A DNA stretch of 64,000 bases, taken from positions 1,240,001-1,304,000 of the forward strand of contig MU057781.1 of NCBI GenBank assembly GCA_013265495.1, given 5' to 3'. Below are positions 13,417 through 23,914 of the stretch, in pieces. Source of the stretch: Vicugna vicugna (taxonomy: Eukaryota). The translations under genes were made by a program, and so were the position numbers. The notes under the pieces are model-generated. The model ran no database searches. It was not told where the DNA came from and saw only the letters and a list, made by a program, of their open reading frames with translations. Numbering within the stretch: position 1 is the first letter of the stretch; the number at the start of each line of letters is the position of its first letter.

Positions 13417-14440
13417 TCTGTCTCTGTCTCCCTGTTTCTCTCTGTCTCCCTGTTTCTCTCTGTCTCTGTCTCCCCGTTTCTCTCTGTCTCCCTGTTTCTC
13501 TGTGTCCCTGTTTCTCTCTGTCTCTGTGTCCNNNNNNNNNNNNNNNNNNNNNNNNNNNNNNNNNNNNNNNNNNNNNNNNNNNNNNNNNNNNNNNNNNNNN
13601 NNNNNNNNNNNNNNNNNNNNNNNNNNNNNNNNNNNNNNNNNNNNNNNNNNNNNNNNNNNNNNNNNNNNNNNNNNNNNNNNNNNNNNNNNNNNNNNNNNNN
13701 NNNNNNNNNNNNNNNNNNNNNNNNNNNNNNNNNNNNNNNNNNNNNNNNNNNNNNNNNNNNNNNNNNNNNNNNNNNNNNNNNNNNNNNNNNNNNNNNNNNN
13801 NNNNNNNNNNNNNNNNNNNNNNNNNNNNNNNNNNNNNNNNNNNNNNNNNNNNNNNNNNNNNNNNNNNNNNNNNNNNNNNNNNNNNNNNNNNNNNNNNNNN
13901 NNNNNNNNNNNNNNNNNNNNNNNNNNNNNNNNNNNNNNNNNNNNNNNNNNNNNNNNNNNNNNNNNNNNNNNNNNNNNNNNNNNNNNNNNNNNNNNNNNNN
14001 NNNNNNNNNNNNNNNNNNNNNNNNNNNNNNNNNNNNNNNNNNNNNNNNNNNNNNNNNNNNNNNNNNNNNNNNNNNNNNNNNNNNNNNNNNNNNNNNNNNN
14101 NNNNNNNNNNNNNNNNNNNNNNNNNNNNNNNNNNNNNNNNNNNNNNNNNNNNNNNNNNNNNNNNNNNNNNNNNNNNNNNNNNNNNNNNNNNNNNNNNNNN
14201 NNNNNNNNNNNNNNNNNNNNNNNNNNNNNNNNNNNNNNNNNNNNNNNNNNNNNNNNNNNNNNNNNNNNNNNNNNNNNNNNNNNNNNNNNNNNNNNNNNNN
14301 NNNNNNNNNNNNNNNNNNNNNNNNNNNNNNNNNNNNNNNNNNNNNNNNNNNNNNNNNNNNNNNNNNNNNNNNNNNNNNNNNNNNNNNNNNNNNNNNNNNN
14401 NNNNNTGTCTCCCTGTTTCTCTCTGTCTGTCTCTGTGTCC
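13417..14440. repeat. Pyrimidine-rich minisatellite (~18-bp unit tctgtctccctgtttctc) whose centre is an 874-N gap (13532-14405)
   Basis: The same CT-rich unit flanks both sides of the gap, so the gap is probably unresolved repeat. Confidence 0.85.
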
Positions 14441-14699
14441 CGCACACCCTGACTTTGTGTGTTTGTTGTTTCCATCGAGAATTTCTGGCTCATTTGTGCA
14501 GTAAACAGCCGTTGTGCAGGGCCTGGCCTGGACCCGGAGGGGGAGAAGCCATGGTCGGTCAGGGTGGAGGGTGGGAGAGGGGGCCCGGGGGCCCTCTCCC
14601 CCCAGGGCTCCCTGCAGGGCCCCTCCACACCCCTGGCAGGCAAGCCCCTGCCCACCAGCCCGGTGAGCGTGAGCCCACTTCCTGTCTCGGGGGCTTGTC

Positions 14700-15830
14700 T
14701 GGTCGATGCGCTTTTTAGAAATGGGGTCACACGGCGGGGGCTTCTCTCCCCGAGCACCGTGCTTCAGGGCCCGTCCATGTGTCCGGGGCCCGAACGCCCC
14801 CCGTGCGATGGACCCCTCGTCGGTGCGGACACCGCGTGGCTCCTGCTTTCTGCTGGGACCACGGCACTGGTCTGCGTGTGACGTGCGCCTTCCTTCCTCT
14901 CGGACAGATTTCCGGGAGTGGAGCTGTGGTCAGAAGGGGAGCCTGGTGGGAGCTTTTAGGGTGCCTCCGGACGGCTTTCCCAAGCGGCTGCAGCACCTCT
15001 GCTCCCACCATCGGCCTGGGCGGGCGCCAGGCTCCCCGAGCCTCCCGGCGCCGTCAGCGTCTGTCTCCCTCCGCGCACCCCTCCCAGGGCGTCTGCGGCC
15101 CGTGGCTCCGACTCACGGCTCGCCCTGCCCCGTGGGGGCGTCTGTAGAGCACTTACCGGCCATTCCTTCGTCTTCTCTGATGGGACGTCCCTTCAACGTT
15201 TCGCCCACTCTCTGGGTTGTCGTACCATCACTGAGTCGTAAGAGCTCCTTATATGTTCTGGATGCAGTTCCTTATCAGACGTATGATTTCAAATATTCCC
15301 TTTCCTCTGTGGCTTGTCCTTTTCATTTTCATTACGGTGTTTTTTGAAATCTAATCCATCAGTGTTTTCTTTAATTGCTGTGCTTATGTGTTGTTTCTAA
15401 GAAATCATTGCCTGACCCAAGGCACGAGGTGTTACTCCTCTGTTTTCCTCTAGGAGGTTTATAATTTTAGTTCTTTTGTTCAGGCCTCTGGTCCATTCTG
15501 ATCAAGCCCATCTTGTTTAAATAGATCTGTCTCTTTGCATGTGGCTGTCCGCTGCCCCCACATCACATGTTGAGACGACTGTCCGCTCCCCAGTGAATTA
15601 CTCGTGTGCCTCTGCTGCAAATCAGCTGACGGTGAACGTGAGGGTCTATTTCTGGACTCCCAGCTCCGCCCCACTGATCCGTGCGTGTGTCCTTGTGCCA
15701 GAACCAGGGTCTGGACAAGCGTGGCTTTGCAGTTAGGGTTTAAATCGGGAAGCGTGGGTCCTCCAACTCTGCTCCTTTCCAGGACGTGTCTCTGTGCTTC
15801 CACACTGTCTGTCCACTTCTGCAAGGTCTG
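14700..15830 (-). mobile_element. Old L1M fragment (ORF2 3' region), strongly GC-shifted in its left half
   Basis: Contains tatatgttctggatgcagttccttatcagacgtatga, aagaaatcattgcctgacccaaggcacgagg and gggtctatttctggactc, all L1-diagnostic in reverse orientation. Confidence 0.8.
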
Positions 15831-18771
15831 TCCGTCACTCGCAGTGTCCCTCCCTTCCTCCAGGTTCCCTCGCTGATGCCCCCCCACACCCCGTCTCGGG
15901 CTCTGTGAATCTGCAGCTCTGATGTGTGCAGTTTTAGCCCCGCAGTAGCTGAGTGGCCACAGGAACCGGGCTTCCACGGGTCACCAGGCCAAGGTCTGGC
16001 CTGTGTCCTCTGGGCTGGGTCACCAGCATCCAATGTTCTCCAGCAAGGGTACTTTGGGATCCAGAGGCTCCAGATGGTCAGATCACCTAGATAAGCCCAA
16101 GGCGGTGGACAGGGCTGGGGGGTAGGCGGTGGGCAGGGCTGGGGGGTGGCCGAAGAGCAGCCTGGGGTCGTCCTCACCCAGAGCTGAGCACAACAGGTGA
16201 ATTTCGATCCTCTCTGTAAACAGCCTCACACCAACATACAGTGTGGAAGCTCTTAGGGTCCCTTTACTTTGCCTCCCCGTCCAGACCAGGGCCAAACTGG
16301 CCCGCGTGTGGGTCTCGGGACAAGAGCAACGTCCCCGCCTAGAGCTCCAGGCCAGGACGCGACGCCAACACCAGAGGGTGTGCCGGGTCCCTGCCAAGCG
16401 GAGTGACTCGGGCTCTGCCCCAGCATCTGGGCCCTCTGGCAGCAAGTGGGTGTGGCCCCCAAGCTCTCTGGAGGAAGGACGGTTCAGCCACCCAGCGTGG
16501 CCCCCGTGTCTGCCACCAGCCGCTGACCCTCCCAAACCAAACGAAGGTCAGAGTCCAGCCTGGTTTGCTGAGTGTATCCAGGTTGTTCATGGAAAATAAT
16601 CTCCTCCTAACATCGCGTACTTGTGAGGGTTTTGGCCCCGCTTCGCCGACGTCTCCAAGACCCTGACGCCCTCCACAGTTTCGTCCCTGCGGCCTGAAGC
16701 CCCTCGACCCGAGGCTGATACTTGAGGGTCTTCCCGTAGGAGGACCCCCCACCCGCCTTCTCTGCCTCCAGAGCCCGAGAGCACCTGGGCGAGCAGGCGA
16801 GCCGGGGCCCCTCCCGGGCGTTCGCAGCTGTGGAGCCTGAGCGTTAATCGGCCTGAGTCGTGCTGGAGCGCGTGTCCTCACCGGCGCGGCCCGGGAGGAA
16901 ACGACGCCGGGTCTTCAGGGAGAGAGCGGGTGCCGCTCGGCCGTGGTCTCTTCGTTTCTGTTTTGTTTCCGGTTTTCTCTGGGTGTGCATTTCATAGGCT
17001 CTGCTTTCAAAACATTTTTGAGGGAGGTTTGTAAAGGATCATTTTTGCCTCGGAGCAGAAACAAAGAAACCTCCTGGTGAAAAGTGCCGATAGCACGGAC
17101 GTGGGGTTGCTCGCTGAGAGTTTCCTGGGGCTGAAGGCTTTTGACAGCCTAGGTGTAGGAGTCACTTTTGACAGTTGATTCTAAACTAGTTATACATGAA
17201 AAGCAGCTGTGACAACGGACATTTTCCAGTGCGGCGGTGCGGGCGGTGCGGGCCAGGAGGGGCACAGGCACGAGGCCGCCAGGCTGACCTTCCTGTGTCC
17301 CCCTTCAAGGGCCCTCGGCTTCGACCATCCCCAGATCCAGCAGTGGTGTCCTGAGGCCGCCATGTGCCAGGCAGGGATCTGGCCCCGGCCCAGGGATAGA
17401 TGGACAGGGCCCTGACCGTGTGGCACCAGGGAGCCCCCCACCTCCCACAGGTGCAGGGTCTGTGCTCCGGAGAGACGTGAACGCCGGCCCAGGCCCCACG
17501 CTTGGCCAGACGGAGGAGCTTGGAGCGGTTCCTGTCCCCTGATTCCTCAGGGTGGTGACAGAGCTGCAGGGAGGGGCTGCTGTCGAGGGTGCCTGCAGCC
17601 CAGCCTGCCCACACACCCGCCCCCACTGTCTCTCCCCTCACCACGCCCCGCTGGCCGGAGGACAGGCCCTCTGACCTTCCAGTAGGGCTGGCTGCTTAAT
17701 TTTCAGGGTTTGGTGCAAGATGAAAATGTGAGACCTTGTTGAAAAATGATGAAGACCGTCGAGACAGCGGGAGCAGAGGGTCAGACCAAGCGCGGGGTCC
17801 CTCTGCACTGGAACACGGTGAGCCTTGCCTGCCCACGGGGTCCCAGGGTTGGGACAGAGCGCAGTAGGAGGGTCTCTGGACAGAGCCCGAGTGTGAGGAC
17901 CCTTCCCCCAACACTTGCCCCCCCAGGGTGGGGGCAGCGCAACCCCCACCAGGGAGCGGGGCTCACCAGTCTGCAAGTGGCCCTGAGATTCCTGCGCTGA
18001 GAGCTGGCAAATCCCAGGAGGTGGCAGCTGTTCCTCCCACTGTGGGAGCAGCAGCCTGTGTGGGGCGGGCTCTCCGGGGGGCCCCACATCACCTCTGAGG
18101 AGGCCATTGCTAGAAGCACCTTCACCAAATTCCCTTACCTTTCCTGCAAGGCTTTTGCCCAAGAAAATGAATTGTTCAGTAAACTAGAATTGTTCCTGCT
18201 CTCCTGTGCGTTACTCCTGAGGTTTTCCATAAAACCCGCCCTCGGGGCCAGTGGGACACACCCGTGTGGGGCGTGGCGCTGCCACTGGGCCGGGAGCTCC
18301 GCCGAGGCATCGAGGGTGCGGGGGCCCCAAGGGCCTCACGCGGCCCAGACCAGACCTGCCCAGTGTCTCTGGGCCCAGCCAAGGTCTTGGTTTGCCTGGA
18401 ATGGGCAGCTGGGGCAGCTCAGTGGGGCAGATGCAGGGAGCGGCCCCTCCAGTGCGTCCAGTGAGGGGTTTCCTCCTCCAGCCCCGTGCTCACCACTCCC
18501 TCCGGCCGTGGCTGGAGGGTCCACACAGCTCTGCACCTCCAGGGCGGGGTGGGCAGCACGGGGCTGACGGAGGGCAGTCGGGGAGTGACCAGCCCCTCAG
18601 GATCCTGTGTCCATTCTAAACCCGAGGGAGACCCTCTGGAAGCTGGAAGACCAGTCATGTCCCCCAACGCCCCTGGCTGGGAGCCGGGGAGCCGAGAGAC
18701 AGCCTCATGGGGTCTGTCGGTGCACCGCCGTCCCGGGGTTGGGACCCAGCCGGGTTGGGACCCACCCCCAC

Positions 18772-18795
18772 NNNNNNNNNNNNNNNNNNNNNNNC
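18772..18795. other. Assembly gap (24 N)
   Basis: Run of N. Confidence 1.
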
Positions 18796-19289
18796 CACCC
18801 CACCCCCTCCTCTGCAGGATGCTACAGGCTGGGGAAGGTCTGCTTCCCAGGCTGGGCGCTGCTTTGTGAGGCCTCCCGTCCCCCGAGAAAGAGCCTCTCC
18901 CTTCCTACGTCACCTGGACGGTGCCTGTGGAACTTCAGCTGTTACCCCGAACCCCGTCTGCCCTGCCCTCATCTCACGGCCTCACACTTCCTTGGTCTTT
19001 ATGTCTTGTTTTAAGAATTTAACTGTCTTTTATTGAGTGAATCTCCTTTAAGCTGTGCAGACTCTTCAGGAGATGTGCCCGATGGGTGACAGACGGCGGC
19101 AGGCGGGAAGGAAGGGACAATTTCAGAGGACGGCGGCCACAAGACGCCAGCCCGCACCATGGGGGGAGTCCGTCTTCACACGAGCGGCTCTGGGAAGCCG
19201 GGCTGGAAACGGGTCGTGGCCCCAGACACGCACGCTGGAACCACACAGCGCCTACACGAAAGCACGGGGAGAGGGCGCCGCAGGAACCA

Positions 19290-19540
19290 CGCACAGGTTC
19301 GTAGGGATCAAGGGGTAAAAACCAGCAAAGGGAGAGATCAACAAATCAGCTTCATCAGCATCAGAACTTCTGCTCCTCAGAAGATGGAGAGACGCGTCCA
19401 CGCAGCCCCAGTGGAGGACGAGGACCTCCTACGACTCAGTAGAGAAGGTACGTAGTGAGAAATAAACACAGGAAAAGGCGCTCACGTCGCTAGTCGGGGG
19501 AAGGCAAACCCAAACCACGGGGAGCGGAGCTGCCGGGGAA
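19290..19540 (+). mobile_element. Highly degenerate L1M fragment
   Basis: gagatcaacaaatcagcttcatcagcatcagaacttctgctcctcagaaga and aaaaggcgctcacgtcgctagtcgggggaaggcaaacccaaaccac resemble L1 ORF2 3' motifs. Confidence 0.55.
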
Positions 19541-19827
19541 CGTGGCACCTTGAGGGCGGCTCAGTCCCCGATGGCAGGACTGGCCCGGGAGCCGGTGAGC
19601 CGACCACTGAGCCCAGACAGGAGCAACCCGACATCGGCCAGCCAGTCAGTGGGCATTTTTACTGAAATACAGCCTCTCCCCCCAAACGGTGACAGTCACA
19701 CCTTTGATGTACACACGATTGGGGATGAGGGGGACACCTCACAGATCAGCCTCTGTGTTCAGAGTGAAATGGGTTTCCCAGAATGGCTGGTGTCCTGTCC
19801 ACCCAGCACCTTTGCTGCAGCTGCATC

Positions 19828-19974
19828 CACACACGTGCAAACACGTGCACACACACACATACACACACATGCACACACATACACGCACACGTCCACACAC
19901 GTCCACACATGTGCACGCACATACACGCACACCTCCACACACGCGCATACATGTGCACACACGGGCACACGTGC
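19828..19974. repeat. Degenerate (CA)n / CACG-CATG microsatellite
   Basis: Alternating purine-pyrimidine tract cacacgtgcaaacacgtgcacacacacacatacac... Confidence 0.9.
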
Positions 19975-22139
19975 CAGGACAGCCTTCAGGTGCTGCTGAC
20001 AGTGGTGGTCCCAGTGGAACGTGGCCTGGTGCTTCTGCAGCTGATACCCCTGTGCCCCCTCCTCCCTCCCCCACTCCTCTCCCTCCCCTCACCTGAGCCC
20101 GGCCCTCACAGATGTCACTCATCACAGTCCCTTCACAGGTCCATTATGTCCACGTCAACCTCTAAGGTTATGATGCCTGCACCTCGGATCTGGCGCAAAC
20201 CCCAGCGCTCCTACCTCAATGCTACAGCCCGACCTGAAATGCCCCCTCAGTCAGCAGTTCCCAGGTGGCCCAGGGAGGGGGGACTAACTGCAGTCCACCT
20301 GTGTCAGCAGACGTGACAGTCTGCACACCCACCTCCCCTGGGGACTCAGCGGAGACCATGCTCCCGGGTTGCCTATGAGCCCCAAGGACCAGAAGGAAGA
20401 CTCGCTGTGGCCTGGCCCTGCCCTGGACCCCTGCTCAGCCCAGCGCCACCCCAGAAGACGTTACATCTCAGACCCACACTGGAGACGGCCTGGGGGCCCC
20501 TGCAGACCAGCTCAGCTGCCCTGATGCTGGACGCCACCCAGCCCAGCCCTGAGCCAACCCTGCCTGGCTACGCCTCGGGAAGCTGCCTGCCCTCCGCGTG
20601 CCTCAGCCTACCCACCCACAGGGCCAGACGGTCCCCGAGGGGCCATCGGTGACACCGTGTGGCTGCGCCGCCCTGAAATAGGACCTGTGGTCAATAATCA
20701 CAGCCCTGTGGTCACCCCAGGCTCCTGCCTGAAATGGGCAGCCTGTGGCGGCCGATCTCACAGGCCGCGCAACTGGCTTCTTCCTACGTACGTGTCAGGC
20801 CAGCTGCCTCCCCTGCAGCGCCAGCCCCACTGGCAGGACCCCCTTCCTCCGGGCAGGCCCCGGTCTGCACGGCGTCCAGGGCAGCAGCAGCTCCTCTGCC
20901 TCAGGGCCCGGGCAGCATCTGGTCCCGGGGGCGGTGGTGAGGCCAGAAGGTTCGCGTCTTGGCAGTTGCTCCACGTCCAGCGTGCCGGCCGTTCCCAGGA
21001 TCTGCTCTGTGTCTCGGGTGAGGCTCAGGCCGGCCTGTGGTCAGTGAGCACCTTGCGTCCCCCACCCGGTGTCCTGCAGGTATGGGGGCGCCGGGTTCCT
21101 GGGTCCAAGACGTTCGCCTGGACAGGAGCCGCTGTCTCAGCCGAGGGGAGGTTGCTGGTCCACAGCGCGGCCCTCCTTTCTACGCCAGCCGCCAGGTTCA
21201 ATTGTTCTGTGTTGTTATTCCGTCGATGATGTTATTTTGCTGCTGTTTAAACAGACCTGACAGCTCACAGGGAGCAGGGAATTTCTCAGGCCCCGTGCGT
21301 GGCGGTTCTGAACAGCAGAGCATTTGACCTCTTTTGTTTTCCCACCACGGGGACCGTCCCACCCCGGATGGCTGCCCGGGCCCCAGGGCTGCTCTGAGCA
21401 TCTCCCCCCACCCCTCCCCCGTCCCCTCGCAGGGGACCCTGCACAAACTGACGTGAGGATGGGGCCCTCCTGTGGAAGGGCCGCAGAGGAAAGAGGAGAA
21501 ACTCAGCGAGCACGGAACACGAAGACGAAGGCGGGAAGGGAAGGGTTAAAACAGCGGGGGTCGGACGCAGCGGGGAAGGAAGGACATGCTCGGAACCAAA
21601 ACACATTTAATGTTTTCATGAGAAGTTCCAGTGCAACCAGATCGTTAGCTCCTGAATTATGTAGAAAACACCCTGACGTCTGAAACAAATAATTTTTTAA
21701 ATCTGGGCTTTTAGATTTAATGAATCTAATACATCATCCCGTAACTGGTTTGCAGCCGTTGCTAAAACTCGACGCGGTTTTCTGTTCCTGGGTCGACTCC
21801 GGTTGCTCCGGCAAGTGACGCCTTTAATTGTGCATCAGGGTGTGGGTTCCGTGGAGGCGTCGCGTCAGTGGCGACAGCCTCCCTGGGTCAGGGCCGTGGC
21901 TCCTCGGACACCCGGACAGCGTCTGCTCCCGGAGGTCAGAACGGAGTACTTGGTCTCTCGGCGACACGGGGGTTGACGCCGTCTGTCCGCCCAGCGACGG
22001 CGGCATTTCCCGGGGCCGGCTGCTCTTGGGGCTTGTGCCAGCTGCGCACTGCCTGGAGCAGCCGGCGACGCGACGTGGCTGGAGTGGTTGCAGCAGGACG
22101 CGTCCCCCAGGGTGGCCCTCGCCGCTCCTTCATAATTGC

Positions 22140-22466
22140 GTTTCCTTGGCCGAAGGTGCGTGTAAACCGTGGCGCTGTGAACATGGGGGTGCAGGTGTCT
22201 TTTCGAATTAGAGTTCCCTCCGGATATACGCCCAGGAGTGGGACTGCTGGATCCTAGGGCAAGTCTGTTTGTAGTTTTTATAAGGAGCCTCCAGACTGTT
22301 TTCCATGGTGGCTGCGCCAGTTTACATTCTCACCGTCTAATGAAAAAGAACATGAAGAAGAGTGTATGTCTGTATGTACAGGACTGGAACATGACGCTGT
22401 GCACCAGAAACTGGTGCAACATTGTAAACTGACTACTTCGACTGAAAGAAATTGCATAATTCAAAA
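22140..22466. mobile_element. Short L1 with an inverted 5' segment (minus-strand piece ~22140-22336 joined to plus-strand 3' end ~22337-22450)
   Basis: The left part matches the same minus-strand L1 segment as bases 1-140 (tatacgcccaggagtgggactgctggatc). The right part is an L1 3' terminus in sense (gctgtgcaccagaaactggtgcaacattgtaaactgactacttc). Confidence 0.75.
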
Positions 22467-23666
22467 AATCATGTAGCGCCGAGTATAGAAGAAAACCCCA
22501 GAGGCCAGCCCCTCGTTCATGGAGCTCGCACGCAGTGCGGCGTGAAAGCACAGAGCACATGCTGCAGCTGCCCCACCCCGTGCCCCTCCAGCAGGAACTG
22601 CCCTTTGCCCAAATGCGCTCTGTGACCTGGTCTTTCCCGCGGCTCCAGTGCGACTGGAACAGGCCAGAGAGAGCACTGGGCCCATGACTGCCCCTCATGT
22701 CCGCTGGGAGTCACCTTGTTGCAGGAGGAAGCTGTGTCCCGGGCACAGGCCGGCAGGTGGGCCTCAGCCCAGGTCTGCTCAGGGTGGCTGCAGCCCCTCC
22801 ATCGCGGGCGGCCTGGGAGCCCGGGCCGTGGCGGCGGTGCGGACGCGGAGCACCACTGTATACAGGAGCCGGCCTGTGGGTGTTTGCGGAGCTCCCAGCC
22901 TGAAACAGGCCTTTTCACAAAACCGACAAGGAGCTCGTCTGCTTGGCTATTGAGCCTCGTCCAGGGAGGCTGGTGGAGGGGCAGGAAGATGAGATTCCAG
23001 GAGAAACAGAAGCAGCAGAGGGCCGCAGTCTCGGGGTCGCTGCCGCCGGCACCCACGGGCAGCACAGGGGCCGTGGCTGCGGCCTCCATGGTGTCCCCAG
23101 GCTCAGCCTCTCTCCTGACCTGCAGGCCGGGTGGAGGGGCCTAAGCTGGCTGGCCTGGCGGGTTGTGCCCCCCCTCCCGTCCACCTGGCTGGCCCGCAGG
23201 TCCCCGGTGCTGGCCTGAGGCCCAGTAAAGACACACCTGCTTCCTTTCGCACCCGTCCCCCCGCAGGCTCTTGGTGTGACCGGGCTCACTCCCCCACGCC
23301 CCCTGCGGCTGCCACCGTCCCCCAACAACCGTGTCCTCCCGGGGTCTTGCTCCAGCCCCAGCACCAGCGAGGCAAGAGCCAGTGGAGGAACGGGGATGTG
23401 TGTCAGGGAGCCTAGGGCGCAGTGACGCGGGCGCTGGTGACCCGGTTCAGGGGGCCGGCCAGGGCACGGCAGGACCCCCAACGCCCGTCTGCAGGAGGGT
23501 GTAGCAATGGGAGGCACCGGGCACTGAGTGTCCAGGAGACCATGCCTCGGGGCCACCAAGTCCTTCAAGAGGCGGTAGCGCGTGTCCGCGGAGAAGAGCG
23601 TTGTCAACAAAGGGCCTGAAAGAGTGACTAGCGGGCCAGGCCCGCTCCCCAAGCCCTTGGCAAAGC

Positions 23667-23740
23667 CCTCACAGCGTCGGGCGGGCCCCGCACGCCTGTC
23701 CTCACAGCGTCGGGCAGGCACCGCACACCTGTCCTCACAC
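23667..23740. repeat. 33-bp tandem duplication (2.2 copies)
   Basis: cctcacagcgtcgggcgggccccgcacgcctgt, then cctcacagcgtcgggcaggcaccgcacacctgt, then cctcacac. Confidence 0.9.
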
Positions 23741-23751
23741 GTGACGAGGCC

Positions 23752-23914
23752 GGAAAGGAGGATGCCGTCAAATTTGAATTTCAGATGAACAGAGAATGAC
23801 TTTTTTTAGTTTGTCCCTTGCCGTATTTGGGACATACTTATACCAAAATAATGTTTATCTGAAATTCAGATTGAACTGGGCACCCTCTTTTTAGCCGCTA
23901 AATCTGACAACTCT
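23752..23914. mobile_element. MER53-like palindromic hAT MITE
   Basis: Inverted arms aaatttgaatttcagatgaaca (23770-23791) and tgtttatctgaaattcagatt (23852-23872), a central gggacatacttata, and terminus gctaaatctgacaactct. Confidence 0.75.

Noticed and set aside
13207-14757. Long ORFs of 366-516 aa
   Set aside because: Artefacts of translating through the N gap and the CT repeat.
17104-17151. GLLAESFLGLKAFDSL, resembling an LRR exon of the lost ADGRA1 ectodomain
   Set aside because: Lacks the LxxNxI core and a correctly phased donor or 72-nt exon. Similarity is within chance, though worth a look in tblastn.
21901-21923. REST/NRSE-like half sites
   Set aside because: Left half is mismatched and the spacer is 1 nt rather than 2.
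23583-23615. tgtccg...gagcgttgtcaacaaaggg, resembling CPPERVVNNKG
   Set aside because: Requires several frameshifts, with no matching upstream Ig-domain sequence or donor.
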